Positions 1 through 10,810 of a DNA stretch of 64,000 bases are shown here, one piece after another. This DNA is from Alphaproteobacteria bacterium. GTDB lineage: Bacteria > Pseudomonadota > Alphaproteobacteria > UBA9219. The stretch covers positions 173,498 to 237,497 of the forward strand of contig WREW01000001.1 of NCBI GenBank assembly GCA_009779135.1, given 5' to 3'. The stretch's first letter is position 1; the number at the start of each line of letters is the position of its first letter. Under the pieces are notes generated by a model that saw nothing but the letters and a program-made list of their open reading frames with translations, was not told the origin of the DNA and did not search any database. The translations under genes and the position numbers were made by a program.

Positions 1-49
1 ACGCCGTGGAAATCATCCCTTCCCATAACGAATAAAAAGAAGGTTTATA

Positions 50-3000
50 ATGGCAGGATTTTTTATCAATCGCCCTATTTTTGCATGGGTTGTCGCCATC
101 CTGATTATGATGTTCGGCGCCGGCGCGTTGGCCAGACTGCCTGTGGCGCAATATCCCAGCATCGCGCCGCCTGAAGTGACGATCACAGCCCGCTACCCGG
201 GCGCATCCGCCAAAACGCTGGAGCAGACCGTCACGCAAGTGATTGAACAGCGGATGAAGGGTCTGGATCACCTTCTTTACATGTATTCAAGCAGCGATTC
301 CGCAGGCTCGGCAAGCATCAGCTTTGCGTTTGAGGCGGGCACCGACATCAACATCGCGCAGGTTCAGGTGCAGAACAAATTGCAGCTTGCCATGCCTCTT
401 TTACCGCAGGAGGTGCAAAGGCAAGGCGTCATGGTAGCCAAATCAACGCGCAATTACCTGATGATTATGTCCTTCCTGACGGAAGATGGGAGCATGACCA
501 ACACGGATATTGCGGACTATATCGCCGCCAATATTCTGGATACGATCGGCCTTCTTGACGGCGTGGGCGAGGTTTCTATTTTCGGCGCGCAATATGCCAT
601 GCGCATCTGGCTTGATCCTTATAAGTTTGAGCAATACAAGCTTAATCCTTCGGATGTGATTGCAGCCATTCAGGCGCAAAACGCGCAGATTGCCGGCGGG
701 CAGGTCGGCGCGGCACCAGCCGTGAAGGGCCAAGAAATCAACATCACCGTCAATGCTTCATCGCGCCTTGAAACGCCCGCGCAGTTCGAGCAGATTTTTT
801 TACGCAACAATCCGGACGGCTCGGTTTTGCGTTTGAAAGATGTGGCGCGGATTGAACTTGACGGAGAAGGATTCAACGCCTTTTCCCGCTATAACGGCCA
901 GCCATCTGCGGGCCTTGCGATCAAGCTGGCCTCAGGCGCCAATGCGCTGAATACGGCGGATATCGTTAAAAAGGAAATGCAAAAACTTTCGACCTTCTTC
1001 CCGACGGGCCTCAAGGTTGTTTATGCCTATGACACAACGCCCTTTGTCAAACTTTCCATCGAGTCCGTTTTTTATACGCTGGGCGAGGCGATTATTCTGG
1101 TCTTTCTTGTCATGTGGCTCTTTTTGCAAAACTTCCGCGCGACATTAATCCCTACTATTGCCGTGCCGGTTGTTTTGCTCGGCACCTTCGGCGTTCTTGC
1201 CGCCTTTGGCTTTTCCATCAACACGCTGACCATGTTCGGTCTGGTTTTAGCGATCGGCCTTTTGGTGGATGACGCGATTGTCGTTGTGGAAAATGTCGAG
1301 CGCATTATGCGGGATGAACATCTCCCCCCCAAAGAAGCGACTGAAAAATCCATGGGGCAGATTACATCCGCGCTTGTGGGCGTGGCGCTTGTGATTTCAG
1401 CCGTTTTTGTACCGATGGCTTTTATAGGCGGCGCAACAGGCGTTATTTTCCGGCAGTTTTCCGTAACCATTGTTTCAGCGATGCTGCTTTCCCTTTTGGT
1501 GGCGCTTGTGCTGACGCCGGCCTTGTGCGCAACCATGTTAAAGCCGCATATTGAAAGGGAGCGCAAAGGCTTTTTCGGATTCTTCAACACATGGTTTCAC
1601 TATATCACGCTGCGCTACCAGCGCGCGGTGCGGGTGATGGTTGGCAAGCCCGTGCGTTATCTTTTGATTTTTGCGCTTGGCCTTGCGCTGATGGCCGTGG
1701 TGTTCATGCGCATCCCCACAAGCTTTTTACCCGAAGAAGATCAGGGCATGCTGCTTATCTCCGTCCAGCTTCCCTCAGGCGCCACGTTCGAGCGCACGCA
1801 AGATGTTCTAAGTCTGGTGACAAAATATTTCCTTGAAACCGAGGAAAAAGCAGTTGCCTCCGTCATGACCGTGGCGGGCATGAGTCACGGCGGCGGCGGG
1901 CAGAATACGGGCATGGCCTTTGTGCGTCTGAAACCCTGGCATGAGCGCAAAGATAAAAACCTGAAAGTCCCTGCGCTGGTGGCGCGGGCCTTTGACGCTT
2001 TGCAAAAGATTCCGCAGGCGCAGATTTTCGCCTTTGCGCCACCGGCGATTCTTGAGCTTGGCGCGGCGTCGGGTTTTGATTATGAGCTAATTGACCGAGG
2101 CAATAACGGGCATGAAGCCATGATGGCGGCGCGAAGCCAGCTTTTGAGCATGGCCCGCGCGGATCAAAGGCTGACGAATGTGCGCCCCAACGGCCTTGAT
2201 GATGTGGCGCAGTATGAACTTGATATGGATCTGGCCAAAGCGGGCGCTTTGGGCCTGACCAAGGGCGATATCAACAACGCCATCGCTTCTTATTGGGGCA
2301 GCACTTATGTGAATGACTTTACGCATGGCCGCCGCACGAGGAAAGTTTATATTCAGGCCGATGCGCCTTTCCGCATGCAGCCGCGCGATTTCGAGCGCTA
2401 TCATGTCCGCAACAATCAAGGCGAGATGGTTCCGTTTTCAGCCTTTCTTACGGTTAAGGCGGTGCAAGGCTCGCCAAGGCTAGAGCGGTATAACGGCGTT
2501 CCTTCCATGGAAATTATGGGCCAAGCGGCAGAAGGCCGAAGCTCGGGCGAGGCGATGAAGATCATGGAAGAACTGACGGCCAAACTCCCCCCCGGGTTTG
2601 ATTTTGCGTGGACAGGCATGTCTTATCAGGAAAAACTGGCCGGAAAGCAGGCTTTCCTGCTTTATGCGCTTTCGGCCATGGTGGTCTTTTTATGTTTGGC
2701 GGCGCTTTATGAAAGCTGGTCTATACCTTTTTCGGTGATCCTTGTGGTGCCGACAGGCATTATCGGCGCCGTTTGCGGCGCATGGGCGCTTGGCAAGCAT
2801 AATGACATTTATTTCCAGATCGGCCTTTTGACGATCATGGGCCTGTCGGCGAAAAACTCGATTTTGATTGTGGCGTTCGCCAAGGATCTTTATCTGCAGG
2901 GCATGGACATTATCAAAGCCACAGGGCTTGCCGTAAAAATGCGTCTGCGGCCGATTATCATGACCTCGATGGCTTTTATCCTCGGCGTTTTGCCGCTTGC

Positions 3001-4525
3001 GTTAAGCACAGGCGCAGGCTCGGGCGGACAAAACGCCATCGGCGCCACGGTTGTTTTCGGCATGCTCGTGGCCACAAGTCTGGGCCTTTTCTTCACGCCG
3101 CTGTTCTTTGTTTTGATTACGAACATCTTTGGCCGCGTGCGCCTGCCTAAAGCTGCTTTGGCCGTCTGCCTTGTGCTTTTGTCCGGCTGCACGATGGCGC
3201 CGACTTATAAAAGGCCTGATGCGCCCATCCCAAATAACTATGCGGCCCAAAGCGCGGACAATGACAAGATCGCAACACTTCCTGCGCCCGCGCAGTTTTT
3301 CAAGGATGAACCGATGGCGCGCCTTATCGGACTTGCGCTTGAAAATAATCGTGATCTGCGCCTTGCGATGCTGAATATTGAAAAAACGCGCGCGCAATAC
3401 CGCATCCAGCGCGCAGATCTTTTGCCCACGATAAACGCTACAGGCAGTTTAAACTGGCAGCATTTGCCAGCTGATATTGCAGGCGGCGGGGTCGAAAAAA
3501 CAACAAGGCAATATACGGCCAGCCTTGGTTTCAGCGCGTTTGAGCTGGATCTGTTTGGCCGTATCCGCAGCCTGAAAGATCAGGCGCTTGAAAACTTCTA
3601 TGCCGTTCAAGAAGAAGCCCGCGCCGCCAAGCTGAGCCTGACGGCAGAAGTTGCAGCCGTTTATCTGCAGCTTGTGGCAGATCGGCAGCAATATGATCTT
3701 ACGCAGGCTACGCTTGAGAACAGAAAAAAGAATCACGACATTATTTATCGCAAGTTCAAAGCGGGCATCGCCTCTGATCTCGAGCTCAGTCAGGCGGAAA
3801 GCGTTTTAAATGAAGCGCAAGCCAATCTGGCCGTCTCCGCCGCCATGATCGGGCAGGATGAAAATCACCTGATGCTTTTGATCGCCGCACCTTTGCCAAA
3901 GGATTTGCCGGGTGTGCGCAGGCTTGCCGATGTCAAGGCGTTTGAGGATGTATCTTCAGGCGCGCCGTCTTTGTTGCTGGCGCGGCGTCCCGATATTCGC
4001 GCGGCTGAACATATGTTGAAAGGCGCAGGCGCCAATATAGGGGCGGCGCGGGCCAATTTTTTCCCCATCATAAGCCTGACGGGAAATTTCGGAACGATGA
4101 GCCTTGATATGCGCAATCTTTTCGAAGGCCCAAGCCAGAGCTGGAGTTTCTTCCCGCAAATCGTGCTGCCGCTTTTCGATACGGGCCGCAACATTGCGCG
4201 TCTTGAAGTTGCCAAGGCTGAGCGCGCCATGGCCGTGGCGCGTTACGAAAAAGCCATCCAGACCGGTTTTCGTGAAGTTACTGACGCGCTGATCCAGCGC
4301 GACAATATGGCCGCTCGCCTGATGGCGCAGGAATCGCTCGTCGCTTCCACAACGCGCAGCATGGATCATGCCACGGCGCGCTATGAGGCGGGGATTGATG
4401 CTTATATCAATGTGCTTGATGCGCAGCGCTCGCTTTTCAGCGCGCAAAGCACCATGATTGCCGTGCATCTTTTGCGGGAGACCAACGCCCTAACGCTCTA
4501 TAAGGCGCTCGGCGGCGGGTGGTAG
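50..4525 (+). CDS. RND efflux permease (AcrB/HAE1 family, about aa 1-1029) continuing in frame into an outer-membrane factor lipoprotein (NodT/OprM family, from GTG at 3137); single 1491-aa ORF
   Basis: The N-terminus [45 protein letters not shown] is canonical AcrB. The C-terminal 460 aa start with a lipoprotein signal ([10 protein letters not shown]) and carry OMF motifs ([30 protein letters not shown]). No stop codon separates the two parts. Good SD (aagaagg) lies before the ATG at 50. Confidence 0.8.
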   Translation: MAGFFINRPIFAWVVAILIMMFGAGALARLPVAQYPSIAPPEVTITARYPGASAKTLEQTVTQVIEQRMKGLDHLLYMYSSSDSAGSASISFAFEAGTDINIAQVQVQNKLQLAMPLLPQEVQRQGVMVAKSTRNYLMIMSFLTEDGSMTNTDIADYIAANILDTIGLLDGVGEVSIFGAQYAMRIWLDPYKFEQYKLNPSDVIAAIQAQNAQIAGGQVGAAPAVKGQEINITVNASSRLETPAQFEQIFLRNNPDGSVLRLKDVARIELDGEGFNAFSRYNGQPSAGLAIKLASGANALNTADIVKKEMQKLSTFFPTGLKVVYAYDTTPFVKLSIESVFYTLGEAIILVFLVMWLFLQNFRATLIPTIAVPVVLLGTFGVLAAFGFSINTLTMFGLVLAIGLLVDDAIVVVENVERIMRDEHLPPKEATEKSMGQITSALVGVALVISAVFVPMAFIGGATGVIFRQFSVTIVSAMLLSLLVALVLTPALCATMLKPHIERERKGFFGFFNTWFHYITLRYQRAVRVMVGKPVRYLLIFALGLALMAVVFMRIPTSFLPEEDQGMLLISVQLPSGATFERTQDVLSLVTKYFLETEEKAVASVMTVAGMSHGGGGQNTGMAFVRLKPWHERKDKNLKVPALVARAFDALQKIPQAQIFAFAPPAILELGAASGFDYELIDRGNNGHEAMMAARSQLLSMARADQRLTNVRPNGLDDVAQYELDMDLAKAGALGLTKGDINNAIASYWGSTYVNDFTHGRRTRKVYIQADAPFRMQPRDFERYHVRNNQGEMVPFSAFLTVKAVQGSPRLERYNGVPSMEIMGQAAEGRSSGEAMKIMEELTAKLPPGFDFAWTGMSYQEKLAGKQAFLLYALSAMVVFLCLAALYESWSIPFSVILVVPTGIIGAVCGAWALGKHNDIYFQIGLLTIMGLSAKNSILIVAFAKDLYLQGMDIIKATGLAVKMRLRPIIMTSMAFILGVLPLALSTGAGSGGQNAIGATVVFGMLVATSLGLFFTPLFFVLITNIFGRVRLPKAALAVCLVLLSGCTMAPTYKRPDAPIPNNYAAQSADNDKIATLPAPAQFFKDEPMARLIGLALENNRDLRLAMLNIEKTRAQYRIQRADLLPTINATGSLNWQHLPADIAGGGVEKTTRQYTASLGFSAFELDLFGRIRSLKDQALENFYAVQEEARAAKLSLTAEVAAVYLQLVADRQQYDLTQATLENRKKNHDIIYRKFKAGIASDLELSQAESVLNEAQANLAVSAAMIGQDENHLMLLIAAPLPKDLPGVRRLADVKAFEDVSSGAPSLLLARRPDIRAAEHMLKGAGANIGAARANFFPIISLTGNFGTMSLDMRNLFEGPSQSWSFFPQIVLPLFDTGRNIARLEVAKAERAMAVARYEKAIQTGFREVTDALIQRDNMAARLMAQESLVASTTRSMDHATARYEAGIDAYINVLDAQRSLFSAQSTMIAVHLLRETNALTLYKALGGGW

Positions 4526-5752
4526 GAAGATTTTGGCCTTGTCATCTTTCAAAGCCACAACCCAAGGAAAGATAGTAAGGCGGTAAAAAGACTCCTGCCC
4601 GTTTTCTCTCAGGGCAAGATGGCGCGCGGGATCATCCTGCTCCCGCGCCAGCCAGAAAATCAAGAAAGGGGCCTGATCTGACGCCCTTTTCGCGCGCAAA
4701 ACCCAGACATCATCGGCACCGACATCCACGCGCTCCAAAATTATCAAGCCTTTGAGTTTTTCAAGCCCCTGCGCCACAAGCGCAAGGCTTTCCTTGACAT
4801 GGCCGCGCCCGTCCAGAAAACCGAATTGATCTTCAGCATTGTCAGGATCAGAGCCCAAGCTTTTCCATTCATACCAGATCGTCACATCAACGCCTTGACT
4901 TTTGTTAATCAGGTAAGAGCGCAGCGCATAAGCCGCCTGCTGCTGCGGTGAAGCATACCGCGTGGAATAGCCCCATTCCGTGCTTAAAAGCGGGAAGTTT
5001 TTCAAACCATGCTTTGCAAAAAAAGCACGCACCGCGTCATAAAATCCGACAACGCTTTCCGGCCTTATCGCGCCATCGCGGTAGGGATGAAGCGAAAACC
5101 CGTCAAGACAGGAAAAATCAGGATGACGCACAAGCGCGTTGAGAAAAGGATCCGCCACCACATCGCCTTGAGAGGCAAAAGCCAAATCAGGCGCCGCAAT
5201 AAAAGCATCAGGGCGCACTTCGCGCATGACTTTGCAAACCTGCATCGCCAAAGAAGTATAAGCCTTTGCGTCAGGCGCAGGCGGCCAGAAAATCGCATGA
5301 TCCGGTTCATTCCAGATCGTCCATATAAGAGGGATATTGTGATAGCGTTTCACAGCCTCCCGCGCAAAAGCGGTAAAAGCAGCGCGCGCTTCATCGCTTG
5401 CGGGCGCGGCCTGCACGCGCGTCATGCCAAAAGCGTTGGGCGGCGCTTCAATCAAACCACCGTAAAACACATGACCGACTCCAAGATGAATCACGGCGCC
5501 CAGATGATGTTTTTCAAGCTTTTCTATCAAACGATCATAAAAGCGCCAATCATAGCGCCCCTTTTGATGTTCGACATAAGGCCAAGGCATATCAAAACGC
5601 ACGCGGTCAAACCCCATGGCGGCGATTTGTGCCAGTTCCTGATCGGTGATGCGATCCGCTTTAATCTGAATGCCAAAACCGGACACGGCCTGCGCAAAGC
5701 TTTCCATGCTTGTCAAAACAAGCAAAAGACATAAAAGGACGACGCGAGCCAT
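4490..5752 (-). CDS. secreted glycoside hydrolase family 5 (cellulase-like) protein
   Basis: Signal peptide [24 protein letters not shown]5-like core with IWTIWNEPD and the TEWGY catalytic nucleophile region. I used the internal start because the longer ORF start would overlap the upstream glycosyltransferase. Confidence 0.7.
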   Translation of the reverse strand: MARVVLLCLLLVLTSMESFAQAVSGFGIQIKADRITDQELAQIAAMGFDRVRFDMPWPYVEHQKGRYDWRFYDRLIEKLEKHHLGAVIHLGVGHVFYGGLIEAPPNAFGMTRVQAAPASDEARAAFTAFAREAVKRYHNIPLIWTIWNEPDHAIFWPPAPDAKAYTSLAMQVCKVMREVRPDAFIAAPDLAFASQGDVVADPFLNALVRHPDFSCLDGFSLHPYRDGAIRPESVVGFYDAVRAFFAKHGLKNFPLLSTEWGYSTRYASPQQQAAYALRSYLINKSQGVDVTIWYEWKSLGSDPDNAEDQFGFLDGRGHVKESLALVAQGLEKLKGLIILERVDVGADDVWVLRAKRASDQAPFLIFWLAREQDDPARHLALRENGQESFYRLTIFPWVVALKDDKAKIFLPPAAERLIER

Positions 5753-5753
5753 C

Positions 5754-6878
5754 TTAGCGTTTTTGAAGAAGCTCTTGATAAAGAGCCATGGTTTTAAGTC
5801 CGACATCCTCGGATTTAAACCGCAAAGCCTGCGCTTTGCAAGCGTGAGCCATTTGCGCGCGCTGCCCTTCATCTAAAGAGGCAAGGCTGAGAATGCCGCG
5901 CGCCAGATCGCGCGGATCAAAAGTGCCGAGAAAACCGGTCTGTCCCGTAATCACGGTTTCCTGCGCGATGCCCATGGGCGTTGTAACGACAGGCACGCCG
6001 GCAACCAGCGCTTCAATAATCACAAGGCCGAAGCTTTCAAAATCGCTTGAGTTCACAAGCACGTCAAAAGCCGGATAATAATCCCGCGCCGGAAGACCGG
6101 AGAAAACGCGGACATGCCCCGTTTTATCCCAGCCCTTTTGCGCGATAAGCGCGATAATCTGCTCTTTAAGATGACCGTCGCCTAAAATGACCAGATGAAG
6201 ATCAGGTTTTTCAACCTGCGCGATGGCGAAACTCTCCAAAAGGCGGGGAAGGTTTTTTCCTTCGACAATGCGCCCCACAAAACCGACCAGAAAAACATCC
6301 TCGCTATAGCCCAGTTTCGCGCGCGCCTGATGCCGCTCGGCCTTGTAAAGAACATTGGTGCCGTTCCAGATGGTGTAAAGCTTGCGCGCCGGAAGATGGA
6401 GAAACTTGCGCGCATGCTGATATTCATAATCTGAAGTTGTAATGATCGCATCGCAAAAGAAGCTTAAAAACCATTCAATAACGCGGTAAATCCAGCAAGC
6501 GCCTTTATCAAGCGTGACAAAACCATGAGGTGTATAAAGTATTTTGGCGCGCGGCCAAAACACGCCCGCAAGCCGCGTCAGAGCGCCGGCTTTTGAGCTG
6601 TGTGCATGAATAATATCAAAAGGCCCGAGCTTGCGCACAAGCTTCCACAAGGAAAACCCGTCCATAACGTCATGAAGCCCCACTTGGCGGCGCATCGGCA
6701 GCGCAAAGACCGTGAGATGAGGAATAGCGTTGAGTTCCTGAACGAATAAAGCTTCAGCGCGGCTTGTGCCGTAAATCACATAGACCTGATGACCATCCTG
6801 ACTTTGCGCGCGCGCAAGATCTAAAACAATCTGGCCGGTTCCTGCACCGGCGGCTTCAACGATGTGGCAGATTTTCAT
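5754..6878 (-). CDS. glycosyltransferase family 4 (GT-B fold)
   Basis: MKICHIVEAAGAGTG N-terminus and a C-terminal EX7E-like region (ESFGLVIIEALVAGVPVV). The ORF runs to 6944, but MKICHIV at 6878 is the typical GT4 start. Confidence 0.75.
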   Translation of the reverse strand: MKICHIVEAAGAGTGQIVLDLARAQSQDGHQVYVIYGTSRAEALFVQELNAIPHLTVFALPMRRQVGLHDVMDGFSLWKLVRKLGPFDIIHAHSSKAGALTRLAGVFWPRAKILYTPHGFVTLDKGACWIYRVIEWFLSFFCDAIITTSDYEYQHARKFLHLPARKLYTIWNGTNVLYKAERHQARAKLGYSEDVFLVGFVGRIVEGKNLPRLLESFAIAQVEKPDLHLVILGDGHLKEQIIALIAQKGWDKTGHVRVFSGLPARDYYPAFDVLVNSSDFESFGLVIIEALVAGVPVVTTPMGIAQETVITGQTGFLGTFDPRDLARGILSLASLDEGQRAQMAHACKAQALRFKSEDVGLKTMALYQELLQKR

Positions 6879-7160
6879 GAAAGTACCAACCAAGACCTTA
6901 TAAGAAGATGGGGGAGTATAGCCCCTAAATCCTAACAGTTTCACCCCAGAATATTATTTTCAACCCGAATGTGAAAGTTTTTAGGCCGCCTGAAAAAATA
7001 AATATTTTCCACACTTTTCTAGGGGGTTAAAAAATGGCAGAAAAGCTGGATCCCAACAATTTAAGCTAAAAGCAGAAATATTCAATCCTATCAATAATTA
7101 AGCGGTAGTTAGAACGATAGCGATACAATAAAGCTGTCACACAAATTAAAGACGGCTACT

Positions 7161-7691
7161 ATGAAATACGTTTTACTAACACTGCTGATGGCGTTCCTTT
7201 TTATCGCCGCCCCCCACAAGGCCGAGGCGCAGGCGAGCTATAAGGATGGCGCTCTTGTTTCTCAAGAGGTTATCGCCCCGCTGATGCGTTGGGTGGAAGC
7301 TCAAACAGGGGTGCGCGTGCCCTATTTGCCCAAGGTTCTGGCCTCGCGCAGTCAACTTGTTGATATTGTTGGAAAGATGGATCGCCTGCCCGGGCGTGCG
7401 CGGGCTCTTTATACGAACGGAACCGTGGTTCTTGACCATCAGCGCTTTGACAGCAGAGATTCAACCCAGTTAAGCCTTTTGGTGCATGAGCTGGTTCATT
7501 TTGCGCAATCCTTTAGAAATCAAAGCGCCTACGCCTGTGCGCAGGCCAAAGAGGTAGAGGCTTATCAGTTACAAAACAAATGGTTAGAAGAACGTGGCCA
7601 CAGGCCTTTCGTGAGGGCGTCTTGGATTGAGCGGGTTTCGACCTGCCCCGCGACCCCCGCGCGTACCATTGCCGTGGCGGCGGCTTACTGA
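7161..7691 (+). CDS. small secreted protein with HExxH zinc-binding motif (putative metallopeptidase-like)
   Basis: Signal peptide MKYVLLTLLMAFLFIAAPHKAEA. HELVH motif in LSLLVHELVHFAQSF. Confidence 0.55.
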   Translation: MKYVLLTLLMAFLFIAAPHKAEAQASYKDGALVSQEVIAPLMRWVEAQTGVRVPYLPKVLASRSQLVDIVGKMDRLPGRARALYTNGTVVLDHQRFDSRDSTQLSLLVHELVHFAQSFRNQSAYACAQAKEVEAYQLQNKWLEERGHRPFVRASWIERVSTCPATPARTIAVAAAY

Positions 7692-7713
7692 AAATAAGCC
7701 GATTCAACAAGGT

Positions 7714-7749
7714 AGGGGGGGGCCCACAGCAATGTGGGGCCTTTTTTTT
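7714..7749 (+). terminator. rho-independent terminator
   Basis: GC stem ggggcccacagcaatgtggggcc followed by T8, directly after the 7161-7691 CDS. Confidence 0.6.
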
Positions 7750-7884
7750 GCTTATTAAGCATTAATCAAGAACTATTTTCTAAAATGCGTAAGTAAAGGA
7801 AGAAAAAAAGCTGGCGAAAAGCCGCCTTTTTGTCTAATAATAGCCGCACATTGACCCTTTCTTTTGGCAAGGAGATAACACGCT

Positions 7885-8472
7885 ATGATTTTCAAAAGAA
7901 CCCTTCTGACCGCTGTCTGCACTTTGAGCTTCTCGGTGCTGGCCGGCACGGCATTTGCGCAGATGACGGATTCGCAAATCGCCACAGCGCTCGATCAAAA
8001 AGATCTCGCCTCCATTCAAAACACCATGTCGCGCAGCACGGATAATGTTGATCCCATCGTGCGCGCCATGACTCAGAAAACGCAGGCTGTGATGGCGCAG
8101 GATCCTGATTTCTCGACACAGATGATGAATCTTGTCGGACAGAACGCCGCGCATATTCAGCCGGCTTCCGTTCCTGTTGTTTGTGCTGATATGCGCCGGA
8201 TTGTCTCCGGACTTTCGCCTGAACAAAAGGAAACACCGTTGTTTGCCGCCGCGATGGGGGCCACGCTCCAGCTTTCAAAGGCGCCTGTTGTTATCAGCGC
8301 GGGCCGTCCGAATGATTGCGATCAAGCGTTGCTTCAAGCGCAGCGGGAGCCAGGCCAACCTCTTGATGACGAGACGTTGCTGATGCAGCTTCCCGGCATG
8401 AGTGGCCCGGGCCTGCCGCCTTCCACCATTCGTCCCGGTATCCCGCCGGCCCAACCCGCCAGTCCCAACTGA
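7885..8472 (+). CDS. secreted hypothetical protein with Pro-rich C-terminus
   Basis: Signal peptide MIFKRTLLTAVCTLSFSVLAGTAFA. SD ggaga sits 8 nt upstream. Confidence 0.5.
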   Translation: MIFKRTLLTAVCTLSFSVLAGTAFAQMTDSQIATALDQKDLASIQNTMSRSTDNVDPIVRAMTQKTQAVMAQDPDFSTQMMNLVGQNAAHIQPASVPVVCADMRRIVSGLSPEQKETPLFAAAMGATLQLSKAPVVISAGRPNDCDQALLQAQREPGQPLDDETLLMQLPGMSGPGLPPSTIRPGIPPAQPASPN

Positions 8473-8521
8473 GGGTTTGGTTGACGCCTCAAGTTAGAAA
8501 AAGTTTCAAAAAGGAAGAGAG

Positions 8522-9862
8522 ATGCGTATGTCCAGAAAAAGTTTAAGTTACAGCGTCCTTCTTGCGGGACTGATGACTGTCATCATGTCGCCTGCGGCTC
8601 AGGCTTACGGGCCTGAGGGGCTTTTTGGCGGTCGTCCCAAGCCGGACGGTACCATCGCTTTGGGCAATCCTGTCGATCTGCGGCAGGACCGCCCCGAGCG
8701 CGCGCAATCCGTGCTGGAGCATCCGCGCCCCGATTTTGATCCCGTGCCGCTTGAGTTCGGGAGCTTTGAACTTTACACCACGCTTGAGCTTGGCGAATCT
8801 TACGACAGCAACATCTATGCCACGCGCAGAAACACACGCGATGACGCGGTAGGAACCATCCGTCCGATCGTCAATCTTTTCTCCAACTGGAATCGTCATG
8901 CCGTGTCGATTACGGCGTTCGGAGATTCCAACTATTTCGCCTTCCATCCCGATGAAAACTACAATAACGGCGTGATTGATGTCAGTGGCCGTTATGATAT
9001 TGCCAATCAGGTTTGGGTCAATACGCGCGGCGGCTATCAGCGTCTGGCTGAATCGCGGACATCGCCCAACTCTTTGGGTGTGCTGGCCGAGCCGACTCGC
9101 TTTGGCATGGCAACAGGCGGTGTGCAGGGCTATTATGGTCCGGGCAAGATCAAGCTCAGCGGTGGTTATGATTACAGGCGTTTTGATTACAACAACACCC
9201 CGATCATTGGGGGCGGAACTTGGGATCAAAAAGTACGCGACCGCAATGAGCATGTGGTGGGCGGCAAGGTTGCTTATGAAGCCTCCGCAAACTTCAAGCC
9301 TTACATCAGCGCCGCTTATAATCGCCGCGATTATGATCGCGCTGACGCGCTCCATGACTCCAATGGCTATGAAGGCCTGATCGGGTTTGAAGCGGATCTG
9401 GGCGGTATCACCTCGGTTGAACTTTTTGCCGGATGGATGACCCAGCACTACAAAGACTCCCCCTACAGCAAAAAAAGGATAAGCAGTCCGCGTCTGGGGG
9501 CGCGTGTGGATTGGAACGTTACGGGTCTGACCTCTGTGGCGTTTGAAGCCAACCGCACGATTGAGGAAACCTCGCTGCTCGGCTACAACAGCTTTTATCA
9601 GACAGGCGGTTCGGCCACGATCACGCATGAGCTGTTGCGCAATGTTCTGTTGGAAGGCAATGTCGGCTACTCCCATTTTGACTTCAACGGCGACGGCAAT
9701 CGTAAAGATAACGGCCTAAGCAGTGGTGTAGGAACGCGCTATCTTGTCAATCGCAACCTTTACGGCGATTTGATTTATAATTACGAGCGGCGCTTCTCAA
9801 ACGATCAGGATTCACGGTTCGGGCGTCACATCGCGATGCTGCGCGTCGGCATCCATCTGTAA
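8522..9862 (+). CDS. outer-membrane beta-barrel protein (BBP2/DUF2320-like porin associated with polysaccharide export)
   Basis: Signal peptide ending AQA. Alternating-residue beta-strand character throughout, with a C-terminal IAMLRVGIHL strand. Located directly upstream of the short Wza-like export protein, which is the usual genomic partner. Confidence 0.6.
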   Translation: MRMSRKSLSYSVLLAGLMTVIMSPAAQAYGPEGLFGGRPKPDGTIALGNPVDLRQDRPERAQSVLEHPRPDFDPVPLEFGSFELYTTLELGESYDSNIYATRRNTRDDAVGTIRPIVNLFSNWNRHAVSITAFGDSNYFAFHPDENYNNGVIDVSGRYDIANQVWVNTRGGYQRLAESRTSPNSLGVLAEPTRFGMATGGVQGYYGPGKIKLSGGYDYRRFDYNNTPIIGGGTWDQKVRDRNEHVVGGKVAYEASANFKPYISAAYNRRDYDRADALHDSNGYEGLIGFEADLGGITSVELFAGWMTQHYKDSPYSKKRISSPRLGARVDWNVTGLTSVAFEANRTIEETSLLGYNSFYQTGGSATITHELLRNVLLEGNVGYSHFDFNGDGNRKDNGLSSGVGTRYLVNRNLYGDLIYNYERRFSNDQDSRFGRHIAMLRVGIHL

Positions 9863-9904
9863 GAGGGTCTAAAAGGCAAACTGTAAATAAGGGCGAGGTG
9901 TGAG

Positions 9905-10573
9905 ATGATAGTACGGTTTTTCACAATCTTCTGCCTGAGTTTGCTGCTCCTTTGCCCCATGCAGGCTGAAGCCTATGCACCTTATGGTGCCCATGCGCGG
10001 CAGCAGGCAGGGTCAAATGAAGCCTATGCCGGCCAGCCGGCAGTCCCCAATATGCCGTCCTACCAACAGCCTCAGCAAAATTACGCCCCCATGCCGCCGG
10101 AGGTGGCAAACGGGCAGGAATATATTCTGGGAACGGGTGACCGCATTCGCCTGACCGTGTATGGCGAGGCGGAATTATCCGGCGATTATGAGGTGGGAAG
10201 TACGGGTATTATCGCGCTCCCCCTGATCGGCGATGTTCCGGCCAAAGGCTACAGTTTAAGCAGCTTTGAGCAAGCTGTGCGCGCGCGTCTGGCGCAGGGC
10301 TATTTAAAGGACCCGCGCGTAAGCGCGCAGGTGACCAATTACCGGCCCTTTTTCATTTTGGGCGAGGTCGCCAAGCCCGGAAGCTATCCTTATGTCAACA
10401 ACATGACCGTGGTGAATGCGGTGGCGCTGGCGGGGGGCTACACCTACCGCGCCAATAAAAACAAGATCACCATTGTCAGAGCCAGCGACCCGAGCAAGGC
10501 GGAAGCCCCCGTTTCCGAGGCCGCCATTGTCATGCCCGGCGACATCATCCGCGTACCGGAACGTTTCTTTTAG
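9905..10573 (+). CDS. polysaccharide export protein (short Wza/OPX family)
   Basis: Signal peptide plus the polysaccharide export sequence domain (YILGTGDRIRLTVYGEAELSGDYEVGSTGIIALPLIGDVPAKG) and a SLBB-like segment. Confidence 0.8.
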   Translation: MIVRFFTIFCLSLLLLCPMQAEAYAPYGAHARQQAGSNEAYAGQPAVPNMPSYQQPQQNYAPMPPEVANGQEYILGTGDRIRLTVYGEAELSGDYEVGSTGIIALPLIGDVPAKGYSLSSFEQAVRARLAQGYLKDPRVSAQVTNYRPFFILGEVAKPGSYPYVNNMTVVNAVALAGGYTYRANKNKITIVRASDPSKAEAPVSEAAIVMPGDIIRVPERFF

Positions 10574-10594
10574 CGGATTTATTCAGTATATCCA

Positions 10595-10722
10595 CCCTCT
10601 TGTCATCCTCGTGGCTTGTCTGCCGTAGGCAGACAAGAGCACGGGGATCTACCGCCAGAGCGCACGTTCGCCGTCAGATCCCCGAGCGCTTGCTTCGCAA
10701 GCCTCGAGGATGACAAAGAGGG
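10595..10722. repeat. REP/MITE-like palindromic element, head-to-head dimer of an approximately 54-bp unit
   Basis: The left arm ccctcttgtcatcctcgtggcttg...gagcacggggatct and the reverse-complemented right arm agatccccgagcgcttgcttcgcaagcctcgaggatgacaaagaggg match the monomer at 18287-18340. Each unit carries an internal hairpin. Confidence 0.6.
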
Positions 10723-10810
10723 AGGATTGGGATAACTATATTTAAAGAGTTTGCCCTTATCCTGAAAGCCTCTTGAGGCTTAGGGTAAAAATATACTAAG
10801 GATAAAGGCC

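Noticed and set aside
443-4468. Numerous minus-strand and alternate-frame ORFs (for example 1072-1590, 3002-3397, 3956-4468) inside the RND-OMF gene
   Set aside because: They lie entirely antisense or out of frame within a strongly supported coding region. They have biased low-complexity composition and no start signals. They are typical GC-rich shadow ORFs.
5009-5734. 241-aa plus-strand ORF
   Set aside because: It is antisense to the GH5 glycosidase gene and Arg/Lys-rich, so it is a shadow frame.
8543-9676. 377-aa minus-strand ORF
   Set aside because: It is antisense to the outer-membrane beta-barrel gene, which has a clear signal peptide and beta-strand periodicity. The antisense frame has no features.
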